Shown here: positions 31,268 through 40,336 of the stretch, in pieces | Position numbering within the stretch: the first letter of the stretch is position 1 | How the letters are laid out: each line of letters opens with the position of its first letter | Source of the DNA: a virus | Reading direction: 5' to 3' (one strand) | Length of the DNA stretch: 64,000 nt | IMG/VR virus record: IMGVR_UViG_3300024520_000050 | Location: 96,001-160,000 of that record | Program-made: the position numbers and the translations under genes | Notes under the pieces: model-generated | What the model saw: only the letters and a program-made list of their open reading frames with translations | Databases searched by the model: none | What the model was told of the DNA's origin: nothing

Positions 31268-32383
31268 CAAATTGTTATTATCTATGAGCTTTTTATCTCA
31301 TACTCTGGAAGTTTCCCTCATTTTCATCAGTTGGTCAATTCCAACTCAGTTTAGCGTACATTTTCATCTACTAGAGATGGTGGATACTCTTGGATCTATT
31401 ATATTCTGTTTCCAGTTTCAAGACCTACGCGTTACGGTACTTAATAGTTGTTAATCTATTAAGTTACCACGGTATTAGGATGCTAAACCCTTCACCGTAT
31501 TTACCCACTAATAATTTGGAAAATCGCTTTTCCAAGCGGCAAATCCATTTTGTTTAAATATTTTATACCTTATTAATTTTCTTTCTAAATAAACAGTAGA
31601 ATGATCATACATTAATCCTAGTAGCTTTGCAGCTTTAATACCAGACCAACGAACCATTTCTACATCAGTTCCTTTCTTTTTTGAATAATTTCTTTTTTCA
31701 TTAAGAAAATTACATATTGCGTCTAACATATACTTATTAGAAACTATATTAATTACAAGAGATCGTTTCCCTTCTTTATTTGTATTACCAAAAGTGATAC
31801 AACCATCCCCATCAAAATAACCTCTAATAAAATCTATTTTAAGATTCTTAGGTATGTTCGGAATAGAATTAATTGACCATGTCTTATTAGGGACACAACC
31901 CAAAGAAATTAAATCTTGACTTATCTGCTTACATCTTATACTAAGTCTGTAAGCATTTAATTTAGATCTATATGTAATCTTACAATCACTACCTAAGAAT
32001 TTTTTAAAATTTTCAATATGTGTTTTATCAGATTCTTTTAAGGTTAGATTAATTTTATTCCCTGTTGGACTTACGTAACCATCAGCATATAAAAATCCTA
32101 ACCAATAAGCTTTTTCTTCAGTATCAATTTTTGAAAAGATATTCTTTTTTAATCCTAATTGTTGATTTTGTTTATTTATAACAACTATACCATTCTTTTT
32201 TAAGTATTTTGATATAGTTGCGCGGCTAACAGGATATTGCTTACTAAGTGAGGAGCAACTCTCACCGTCTTCATATCCTTTAATTATAGCTTTTCCAATT
32301 TTTAATTCATTTATTTTTCCCATAATTTAATATAGGTATAATATTTAAACAGAACGTTACAATCATTTATTAATTGTACCATT
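31268..32383 (-). mobile_element. Group I intron in helicase Walker A (1116 nt)
   Basis: Exon 1 ends in U (GGU) and the intron ends in G (31268). Splicing restores SGLSGAG-KSTL. P7 is GCGUA/UACGC, the S-like element is AUGAAAAUGUACGCU, and AAAUACGGUGAAGG...CUAAUACCGUG is P4/P5-like. Confidence 0.9.
31508..32323 (-). CDS. Intron-encoded LAGLIDADG homing endonuclease
   Basis: Two motifs, AYWLGFLYADG and FIRGYFDGDG. Confidence 0.92.
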   Translation of the reverse strand: MGKINELKIGKAIIKGYEDGESCSSLSKQYPVSRATISKYLKKNGIVVINKQNQQLGLKKNIFSKIDTEEKAYWLGFLYADGYVSPTGNKINLTLKESDKTHIENFKKFLGSDCKITYRSKLNAYRLSIRCKQISQDLISLGCVPNKTWSINSIPNIPKNLKIDFIRGYFDGDGCITFGNTNKEGKRSLVINIVSNKYMLDAICNFLNEKRNYSKKKGTDVEMVRWSGIKAAKLLGLMYDHSTVYLERKLIRYKIFKQNGFAAWKSDFPNY

Positions 32384-32614
32384 ACCCGCACCAGATAAAC
32401 CACTTAGGGTCAGTATGGTGTTAGGTTCTAACATTAAAGCTTTATTCAATCGTTCATAACATGTATTAAGGAAGACTATTTCACCATTAGCTCTCTTACG
32501 TATATACTCTTTATTCTGCATTACTGCTTGAGCTTGAGTCATTATACGTGGTAACCCTAAAGGTTTATTCTTAAGAGAGTTTAATTTTTCTTTTAGTTCC
32601 TTGTGTGTCCCCAT
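32384..32614 (-). CDS. dnaB: DnaB-like replicative helicase, exon 1
   Basis: Ends ...TLSGLSGAG. The spliced product is 356 aa from the listed start; the unspliced frame stops 6 codons into the intron. Confidence 0.88.
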
Positions 32615-33143
32615 TATTATGAATATTCATTGCTATCTTATATTCGTTTGATTCCATACTTCTTTCAATCATTGCATCAACGTTAGAAGTATTATTTAAC
32701 CAGGCTTCTAAACCCTGCATGAATTCTAATTTATTGTCACTTACTTGTGAAGCTTTAACTCTAAACCAGACTTCGTATCTTACTGCGTTTTGTACAGCTT
32801 CCATATTGTACGATTCCTCTATCAATGTTTGGATACGTTTCTTTATTCTTGTCTTATTACCACTTCTAAGATTACGTCCATCTATACTTAGATGTGCTCC
32901 TGCATTAGTAGGAAATTCAACTCGAATAAGATCGTACCATTCCTCAAGACTTTTACTCTTGTTCTCTGTAATTGATATTGATTCAGCTGTAGTATTTAAA
33001 TCACAATTAATTGTAATTGGATAACACTCACCTATCAAGTTTGCTTTTGTATACAATATGAATTTATTATCACCTTGAGGTTCTATTATAGATTGTTTTA
33101 CCAATTCATTCAGAAACTCTTCAGTACATACTAATTTACTCAA
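32571..33143 (-). CDS. Putative replication initiator / helicase loader
   Basis: W...FP....LR...K.R...L.FMQGLEAWLNN pattern directly upstream of the helicase. Confidence 0.5.
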   Translation of the reverse strand: MSKLVCTEEFLNELVKQSIIEPQGDNKFILYTKANLIGECYPITINCDLNTTAESISITENKSKSLEEWYDLIRVEFPTNAGAHLSIDGRNLRSGNKTRIKKRIQTLIEESYNMEAVQNAVRYEVWFRVKASQVSDNKLEFMQGLEAWLNNTSNVDAMIERSMESNEYKIAMNIHNNGDTQGTKRKIKLS

Positions 33144-33263
33144 TTTATTAAATTTATTGTTTATATTATTAGTTTGTTTGATTGCGTTTCAGTAACTTAA
33201 TATACGCAATTTTATTGAGTTTGGCCTACTAAGATAGTTAATCTTGTAATCATAACTCATTGA

Positions 33264-33560
33264 TTATGAATATTTTTTCCAAAGCTGCTCAAAATCTTTA
33301 TGATTTCTTATGATTCTAAGCATACCCCATTCTTCAAATTCACTTAACGCAAATATAGCTTCATTTCCTGCATTGTCAGATGTCTTATATTCCTTACAAA
33401 AAGGCCATCTCAATTCCATATACATATAAAATTTAACATCAAGTAAACTATACTTAGCTCTCATTAATTGAAACCCTAATTTATAGTGTTTGTTATCAAT
33501 GAGATGCTTCAAGTTTTCTCGTTCACTTAGTGTGAACTTCTTTAATTGTGGATATATCAT
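33264..33560 (-). CDS. Hypothetical protein
   Basis: 98-aa ORF. Confidence 0.6.
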   Translation of the reverse strand: MIYPQLKKFTLSERENLKHLIDNKHYKLGFQLMRAKYSLLDVKFYMYMELRWPFCKEYKTSDNAGNEAIFALSEFEEWGMLRIIRNHKDFEQLWKKYS

Positions 33561-33572
33561 AATCTTTTGTTT

Positions 33573-33929
33573 TTATTTCCCGTCCAATATCCATTTATAT
33601 GTTTGTTCATATGCATAAGTCATACCTTTACGTCTAGCTTTTGTTATAGTAAAACTATTAATAAACGAATAAAAATTACTAAATTTACGTTTACCTTTAA
33701 AATATTTCTCACAAAAATACTGAGGTTCATCGCAATCAAACCAACTACTCTTATACTTCTTAAACTGAACATACATCCATTCTTCAGCAGTAGTTCGACC
33801 AACACCATGTATACTTCTTAACAGTTTAAAAGCAATATGCCAATTAACTGGATCATTAGTATTTATGAATGTCAATAACTTTTGTTCTACATCTTTAGTT
33901 ATTGGACTAAAATCGAATCCTTGTTTCAT
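33573..33929 (-). CDS. Hypothetical protein
   Basis: 118-aa ORF. Confidence 0.6.
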   Translation of the reverse strand: MKQGFDFSPITKDVEQKLLTFINTNDPVNWHIAFKLLRSIHGVGRTTAEEWMYVQFKKYKSSWFDCDEPQYFCEKYFKGKRKFSNFYSFINSFTITKARRKGMTYAYEQTYKWILDGK

Positions 33930-33940
33930 TTTTAATTAAT

Positions 33941-34300
33941 TTATGGATCATCACAACAAGGTGCCGTAGGAAACTCTGTAGCTTCTGTATTGCTTACGTA
34001 TTTTTCAATCCATCCGCCATCTCCTTCGTTAAAATAACAAACTCCCCAATAACTGGGTGTATGTGGTAATTCATCAAGCTCATTACTTTCTACAAGTTCT
34101 ACAATTAATTTTTGTAAATCTGGCCAATTATTATGCAATGTACACTTCCAACATAAAGGAGGATGTTTCTTTTTTAACATGTATAAGAGTTGATATTTAT
34201 ACTTTATATCCATTTCAGATACCAAGTTAATTGCTAACTTAGTAAAGATTAAATCATCAGACTTAACCAACTCCATCAGTGATGTTGTTGTTTTATTCAT
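33941..34300 (-). CDS. Hypothetical protein
   Basis: 119-aa ORF. Confidence 0.6.
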   Translation of the reverse strand: MNKTTTSLMELVKSDDLIFTKLAINLVSEMDIKYKYQLLYMLKKKHPPLCWKCTLHNNWPDLQKLIVELVESNELDELPHTPSYWGVCYFNEGDGGWIEKYVSNTEATEFPTAPCCDDP

Positions 34301-34301
34301 A

Positions 34302-36242
34302 TTAAAATAAACTATAGTTAAAATCTACAATAGAATTAATTATCTTATTTGCCTCACGTGTATAATAGTTATAGTTAATATCCCATTCTTCTTGCTCTAC
34401 AAATTTATTTAAAATACTCACTTTGTATGCTCTTCCTTTTTGAGGATTAGCTTCCATTTGAGATTCACTACCACAATCATATCGCTTAACAAAATGACCA
34501 CCAATCTTATTACTAATATAATATCGATTAGTTTTTTGTAAAACTGTTTCAGTAATCACTCCATCTTTTACTTCTTTAAGAAGCATTTTAGGCATTCCTT
34601 TAACTGTTTTCTTAGTCTTTTTTGCTAAACAAAAATCAAATATTCCATGGTTTTTTATCTTACCATAATCTCCTGTAGTTAAATGATTTTCAATCGTTTC
34701 TCTAATAGGAATTCCATCAGTGAAATATCTAGATACAGCAATTGATACTACTCTTTTAGAATGATCTTTATGATATTGTAATTCTCCTTTCATCTCTTTA
34801 TCTATCTCAAAAGTACCTTTATACTTAATCTTACCATTTGTATAGACAGCTGCATAGTTATTTACATCTCTAGTAATTAACTTACTATAATGCGAATCCT
34901 CTAGTTCTAACTTTGTCAAATCCTCCCACCACTTTACAATAGCGTGCATTTCATCTAATTTATCTTTATGAATTTTTATTACAATACCATCTGTATTAGC
35001 TTGTAACACAGTAGCTATGTTTGCAAATTTCTCTGCTAACATCGTCAATAATAATTGTCCATTGATAGTAATTGACATAGTAAATTTAGGATCATATAAA
35101 TAACTATATTGGTCATTACTTTTGCCGTATGTACCATTTAATGCCAATTTTAAACCAGCATCAATAACCTTATCTCCACTCTTCTTAGCCGCTCTCCTTG
35201 TATTATAAATCTCTTCATAAATTTCACAGAATACTTCTCCCAAATGTTCAGGATATAAATTATTTTTAATACTCAAATTAGGGTAATAAGAAGCAACATC
35301 CCAATCAATTAAATGATATTCTTCATCAGCTTCGTAAACTCCAGGTGCACAATTACCATGAATACCACCAAGACCATATACATACTCAAGTCCTTTATGT
35401 ATCACTTTAAGGTCTTTAAATACACCTTTAGTTTCTGTGATTGTTTTATTCTTCAAAAATGATAACAAATCATTGAACTCCTTAGATTCAAATTCAACAT
35501 AGTCAAATATACATTCACCTAAGTCAATTTCTGGACGGTAAGTACGTTGATCTCTCAATTGAGCCCAAGTTAAATTTTGTTTCTCACATATAATCTTAGC
35601 AAATATTTCTGATCCTATCTTAGGATCATTTGCGTTAAGTAGTGATAGTCCATATTGTTTTGATATTTTCTTTCTTAATTCAATTTTACCTATACATTCT
35701 AAATATAACTGGTGAGTAGCTAGTACATCATTAAAGTTATACTCCATTGTAGGTTTAATCTGACCTTCAGTAAGCATGTGGTCATGTGCAAATGGTAAGT
35801 CTTGAATATTCTTCCATCTTATTGCAAACTCACACCATTTCAAACCAACCATCTTAGCACGATTATTAAAATGATTAATTAGAAATAAATCTAACTGTGG
35901 AACTCTAGTATTCTTTGGAGAAATACTACAGAATTCACTTCCGATAATCTTGTTTGCAATTGTCTTAATTATTTTAGCTTTCTCATCTCCAGTTTTATTT
36001 TTAAACTGATATGGTTTAGTTAAAATTTTATGGATGACGGGGTAATCGAATCCAATATTATTGAATCCAATCATCCCTTTCATCTCATCGCTTAATGTGA
36101 ATTTAACAAACTCACTTAAATCATCTTGCCATTCACATACAACAAAATCACGTCTTTCATGTGTATCTATATTATAATAAATACAACTAAAAAAGTTACC
36201 AAAAGTCTCGATATCATATACCCAAACTTTTCTATTGACCAA
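34302..36242 (-). CDS. Family B DNA polymerase (crAss-type)
   Basis: ExoI YDIET, ExoII GFNNIGFDYP, DWDVASYYPN, KLALNGTYGK and QANTDG. Confidence 0.95.
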   Translation of the reverse strand: MVNRKVWVYDIETFGNFFSCIYYNIDTHERRDFVVCEWQDDLSEFVKFTLSDEMKGMIGFNNIGFDYPVIHKILTKPYQFKNKTGDEKAKIIKTIANKIIGSEFCSISPKNTRVPQLDLFLINHFNNRAKMVGLKWCEFAIRWKNIQDLPFAHDHMLTEGQIKPTMEYNFNDVLATHQLYLECIGKIELRKKISKQYGLSLLNANDPKIGSEIFAKIICEKQNLTWAQLRDQRTYRPEIDLGECIFDYVEFESKEFNDLLSFLKNKTITETKGVFKDLKVIHKGLEYVYGLGGIHGNCAPGVYEADEEYHLIDWDVASYYPNLSIKNNLYPEHLGEVFCEIYEEIYNTRRAAKKSGDKVIDAGLKLALNGTYGKSNDQYSYLYDPKFTMSITINGQLLLTMLAEKFANIATVLQANTDGIVIKIHKDKLDEMHAIVKWWEDLTKLELEDSHYSKLITRDVNNYAAVYTNGKIKYKGTFEIDKEMKGELQYHKDHSKRVVSIAVSRYFTDGIPIRETIENHLTTGDYGKIKNHGIFDFCLAKKTKKTVKGMPKMLLKEVKDGVITETVLQKTNRYYISNKIGGHFVKRYDCGSESQMEANPQKGRAYKVSILNKFVEQEEWDINYNYYTREANKIINSIVDFNYSLF

Positions 36243-36651
36243 GACGTGTTAATTTAATACCTTTCATATTTGTTATGCTAATGGTATTTCTAATATCTAC
36301 ACTTTTCCATTGATCATTTTGATCTTGAAATAATAAGTAACCGCTTTCATTTCTGAAATCATTACCACGCTTGTAGTATTCAGTTTTATTTTCTCCTTGG
36401 TGTTGTTTTATTACTCTTGCAATTACTTGAGAATGACCTGGACCATTAATCTCACTTAATTTTAAATCAGCGATTTCATCCATAGCAGTTTGTAGTTGAG
36501 CTAATTCAGTTTCTCGATTGGGTAATTTGTTATATTCAATCTTGACAAATTCTCCAATGTTCAATTGCTCGACAATGTCAAACAAATTTTTATGCGTTGT
36601 ACCATACTCAGTAGTATGATGATTATCTAATACTTGCTTAATTTTATTCAT
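36232..36651 (-). CDS. Hypothetical protein
   Basis: 139-aa ORF with overlapping junctions. Confidence 0.6.
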   Translation of the reverse strand: MNKIKQVLDNHHTTEYGTTHKNLFDIVEQLNIGEFVKIEYNKLPNRETELAQLQTAMDEIADLKLSEINGPGHSQVIARVIKQHQGENKTEYYKRGNDFRNESGYLLFQDQNDQWKSVDIRNTISITNMKGIKLTRLGQ

Positions 36652-37477
36652 CTTCTTTCTTATTTAATCTAGTTAATATAAGTTCATCCATTTCTTTATC
36701 ATTAATGAAAACGGACTCATTTTGTTTTCTTTCTTGTTTTTCTCTATACTTTCTTTTATGAGTAATCCTATCATACTGTCTTGACGACATACTATCATAT
36801 GTAGTAAACTCAACTAATTGAGATCTACGCATACTTTCCGAAGGATTTAAACATTTAAGGACTCTAATATTTCGCATTGTAGTCCAATTTGTTTCCCACC
36901 CAAAACCATCTGTTATGAATCTAACTTTCCATCGTTCATAAGAGAATATACTTGGTCGCCAGATTCCTCTGTCCTGTTGTACAAATCTAATAATATAATA
37001 ATCATCATATTCATTTAATACAGTACCAATTCTCTTTATAGAATTTTGATGCTTCTTACGATATTTAGCGAGGACTTTTACCATTTTTCCAAATTCATTC
37101 AATTCATCTTTTCTTAATTTAATAAGATCTCGATATAATCTTCTACAATAAATACTTGGCTTCTTGGTTTTTGTACCTTTAAAGAAATTAATTAATCTAT
37201 TATATTTAATTATACGTTGTTTAGATTCTTCATTATATTCCTTCTCATCTTCTGGTTTAAGTTTCTCATCATAAAGATAATACGAATCGCCACTTCTAAT
37301 CTTTTCAAGTAGAATAGCTTCTCCTTCATAGTCTACTTCTTCCTGATAATCAGTATAAATATCAACATGATTATTCTTTGTTAGAGTTGTGTTTATTTTT
37401 ACTTTTCTTCTCATACTTCTTGTCAAGTCCGTGAAAATGCTGCATTGACTCATTGCATTGTTGTTGATACTTGCCAA
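36644..37477 (-). CDS. Hypothetical basic protein; start uncertain
   Basis: 277-aa ORF overlapping the upstream ORF. Confidence 0.6.
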   Translation of the reverse strand: MASINNNAMSQCSIFTDLTRSMRRKVKINTTLTKNNHVDIYTDYQEEVDYEGEAILLEKIRSGDSYYLYDEKLKPEDEKEYNEESKQRIIKYNRLINFFKGTKTKKPSIYCRRLYRDLIKLRKDELNEFGKMVKVLAKYRKKHQNSIKRIGTVLNEYDDYYIIRFVQQDRGIWRPSIFSYERWKVRFITDGFGWETNWTTMRNIRVLKCLNPSESMRRSQLVEFTTYDSMSSRQYDRITHKRKYREKQERKQNESVFINDKEMDELILTRLNKKEDE

Positions 37478-37877
37478 TTAGTATACTTCCCCACAACTTG
37501 TAGAAATTAATATCTAATAGGTGTTGTCCTAATGTTCGAGCTGTTTTCTTAGGAATCTTGTCAAATGAACGTTCATTCATCATAGCACAAATCAATGCGT
37601 CAGTAGCACTTTCTTCCATACTCCTTACAACATCATTATAACTACCTACATTTCCTATATGTAATGGATATTTAATCATTACCCCTTTCATTAAACACTC
37701 TTCCCCTGTAATCGTTAGCATTAATTCACCTTTGATATTTGGTTTAAATTGTATTAACTCGAGGGATAACAAACTGTCAACTACTTTTTTCCAATTGTCG
37801 GTCAATTCATAGTCTTTCCCGGCTCGAACAATTAACAAGCATGCTTGCTGCATATCCGATAATTCAAAATTATTCAT
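37371..37877 (-). CDS. Hypothetical protein, possible winged-helix N-terminus
   Basis: VDSLLSLELIQF...LTITGEECL. Confidence 0.5.
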   Translation of the reverse strand: MNNFELSDMQQACLLIVRAGKDYELTDNWKKVVDSLLSLELIQFKPNIKGELMLTITGEECLMKGVMIKYPLHIGNVGSYNDVVRSMEESATDALICAMMNERSFDKIPKKTARTLGQHLLDINFYKLWGSILIGKYQQQCNESMQHFHGLDKKYEKKSKNKHNSNKE

Positions 37878-38607
37878 TATTTTCTGATATTAAGTTAATT
37901 AATCCTGGACTAAGCTTAATATGATCGTTATTTCTCATCCATTTAATATATCTACTTTCATTAATAATTAAATCAGTAATGGTACGACCCATGTGCTTTC
38001 CAAATTTCATTGTGTATTCTGGATTACTTATTGTTGCTCCAGATAGATCATCATATGACAAAATATAATCTTGCCACGGATATCTTTGCTTATTTAATAA
38101 TTTAAGTATATCAACACATGCTATAACATCATTCTTTGCATCATGTGCATTTAAATCCTTTCCAATTAAATATTTATGTACACATTCTAATGTAAGTCGA
38201 TCTAATGATTTAAGTATTTCACTTGGTATTACATTTTTAATAATGTAAAATAAGTCAATAAACTTTGTATTCTTTAAATTCAAATTGACATTATTTCGTG
38301 TAAATAAACTAAGCATCAACGGTACATCATATTTGCAAATATTATATCCACATAAATATTCACTTTGTTCGAATAAGTTAGTTACAGGTTTAACAAGATT
38401 GAGAAAGATTGGTTTATCTTCTACATCTTCTTTTGATATACCATGTACATTACTTGCTGCTTCTGGGATGACCATTTGAGGATTAATCAAACTATCAATT
38501 GTACGCTTTTTCTTATAGTTAACTGCATAAATAGATACAATACCAATAGTATCTATTTTTAATCCAGTTGTTTCTAAATCGAAATACGTTATGTTTTCTT
38601 TTTTCAT
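37870..38607 (-). CDS. DEDDh 3'-5' exonuclease (DnaQ/ExoX-like)
   Basis: FDLETTG, GYNICKYD and AHDAKND; C-terminal MKFGKHMG...YIKWM. Confidence 0.9.
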   Translation of the reverse strand: MKKENITYFDLETTGLKIDTIGIVSIYAVNYKKKRTIDSLINPQMVIPEAASNVHGISKEDVEDKPIFLNLVKPVTNLFEQSEYLCGYNICKYDVPLMLSLFTRNNVNLNLKNTKFIDLFYIIKNVIPSEILKSLDRLTLECVHKYLIGKDLNAHDAKNDVIACVDILKLLNKQRYPWQDYILSYDDLSGATISNPEYTMKFGKHMGRTITDLIINESRYIKWMRNNDHIKLSPGLINLISENNE

Positions 38608-39311
38608 ATTTTATATGTTTTAGGTATTTCAAAATCCTTTAAATTATGTTTTTTTGGTGGAGTTTTCTCTGCAACATATCCATCATTTTCATCACGAACA
38701 ATTTGTAGTTCGGCTGAACCAAATCCTGCAATAAAACTATCACAAGCTTCTAAATTAGTAATATTGCGATTATATGACTCTTCTCCAAGTTTTAATCTAA
38801 TTAAATTATTACGTACATATTTATATGCTGTACCTAAATTTTTAAATCGATAAATTCTATTAGTCATATCAGGATCAGTACTACCTTGAAAACTGTAACA
38901 TATTGAATGTCCTATTTCCTTGCCATCATCTTTAATATACTTGCAATTCCAAAACTTAACTTCATTTTCTTCATTTGCAATTACATGTCCTTGATGGCCA
39001 TTTTCTAGAAAGTTAACATCTTCCCTTAATAACAAACGTAATTCATATAAACAATGTTGTTTTCTTTTAAACAACTGTAACTGTTCACGACTTGTAGTCT
39101 GTTCTTTAGTTAAAGTAAGTACATGAGTTGTATTCCGTCTATCCCATATTAATTTCAATTCAGTATTGAAATCTGGAGCACGACCAACCTTCAGTGTATC
39201 CTTTATAATTTGTAAATAGGTTTCTAATGTAGCTCTAATAATAACTTCATCATAACCTTCTGCGTAATAAACTTTTCCATTGTACTCATACCTATAAATC
39301 TTAGGTCTCAT
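38604..39311 (-). CDS. Hypothetical protein
   Basis: 235-aa ORF. Confidence 0.65.
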   Translation of the reverse strand: MRPKIYRYEYNGKVYYAEGYDEVIIRATLETYLQIIKDTLKVGRAPDFNTELKLIWDRRNTTHVLTLTKEQTTSREQLQLFKRKQHCLYELRLLLREDVNFLENGHQGHVIANEENEVKFWNCKYIKDDGKEIGHSICYSFQGSTDPDMTNRIYRFKNLGTAYKYVRNNLIRLKLGEESYNRNITNLEACDSFIAGFGSAELQIVRDENDGYVAEKTPPKKHNLKDFEIPKTYKI

Positions 39312-39363
39312 ATTATAAATTTTTAGTTAAAAATCGGTGAATATCACCTTCTTCAATTTTAAT

Positions 39364-39699
39364 TTAACTAACTTTATAATCTGCAATGAAATAAATATAA
39401 TCATCTGCATCTGGTCTACGATGGCTTTTGCTTTTTTCACTTAATCTAAATGGAATTGTTAAACCTACAATGAGTTCATCATTACCAATTATTGTACGTT
39501 CTCGACAAACATCAACTTTAACATCAGTTAAGGAATTAACTAAATCAGCTACACTTTGATATCCAATACTCGAATTAATATTTTCTGCACTTTGTACAAG
39601 TTTAATAAATTGATTCTTAGATATTGTTTTCTTATTATAAATACCATCACTAAACATATTAGCACTATTTATTAGTACTATCTTTTTGTAAATCTTCAT
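39364..39699 (-). CDS. DUF1874 / STIV B116 / AcrIII-1-like protein (His47->Tyr variant)
   Basis: I.NS...S.G.Y...I N-terminus, SSIGYQSVADLVNSL, CRER and FRLSE; colinear with AcrIII-1 family members as recalled. Confidence 0.75.
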   Translation of the reverse strand: MKIYKKIVLINSANMFSDGIYNKKTISKNQFIKLVQSAENINSSIGYQSVADLVNSLTDVKVDVCRERTIIGNDELIVGLTIPFRLSEKSKSHRRPDADDYIYFIADYKVS

Positions 39700-40018
39700 A
39701 TATCTCCTCTAGTTCGTTATAAAAATTATTTGTATCCTCAACATGCTTCTCCTTCAATCCTTCGGCTATTTTAAGAGATAAATCAAGATAACTACTTTTA
39801 ATCTTACGTAAATTATAAAATTCTATGTCAGATTGTTCATCTTGTTTAGCAAAAAAATAATCACCTGATTTGATTATAGGTAACCACATATTAATACGTT
39901 TTGATGGTACGTTTTCTCCCCAAAGCATGCATCGTGTACTTCCACCATCTCTAAATCTATATAACCAATGACTACCAAATAACTGATCTAACCGACTTCT
40001 TCTTTCTTTCTCTGTCAT
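39665..40018 (-). CDS. Hypothetical protein
   Basis: 117-aa ORF. Confidence 0.55.
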   Translation of the reverse strand: MTEKERRSRLDQLFGSHWLYRFRDGGSTRCMLWGENVPSKRINMWLPIIKSGDYFFAKQDEQSDIEFYNLRKIKSSYLDLSLKIAEGLKEKHVEDTNNFYNELEEIYEDLQKDSTNK

Positions 40019-40332
40019 AATTCTTTTAATTTTTTAAGTACATCATCCATTACACATTCTAATTCCAAACCTCTAAACATTTGTCTACCCAATTCAGGAT
40101 ATGATTTTTTAATTTGCATTAAGTTATTAATTGCATCTGCAGTACATGTTTCTTTTGGTAATGCAAATATTCGATTATATTCAAATAAACTAATTAACGT
40201 ACGTTGTGCTTTTTGAAAACTATAATGTCTATTATCATATATATGATAATACATTAATGGCTTCTTTACTCCATGATAACTAAAGAAGGTGTACTTATCC
40301 AGTACACCTTCTAATATTTCTAATTCATCCAT
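40015..40332 (-). CDS. Hypothetical protein
   Basis: 105-aa ORF. Confidence 0.55.
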   Translation of the reverse strand: MDELEILEGVLDKYTFFSYHGVKKPLMYYHIYDNRHYSFQKAQRTLISLFEYNRIFALPKETCTADAINNLMQIKKSYPELGRQMFRGLELECVMDDVLKKLKEL

Positions 40333-40336
40333 TTAA

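Noticed and set aside
31268-32383. Intein interpretation of the helicase insertion
   Set aside because: There is an in-frame stop 6 codons in, no Cys/Ser start or His-Asn end, and group I core elements with U/G splice boundaries are present.
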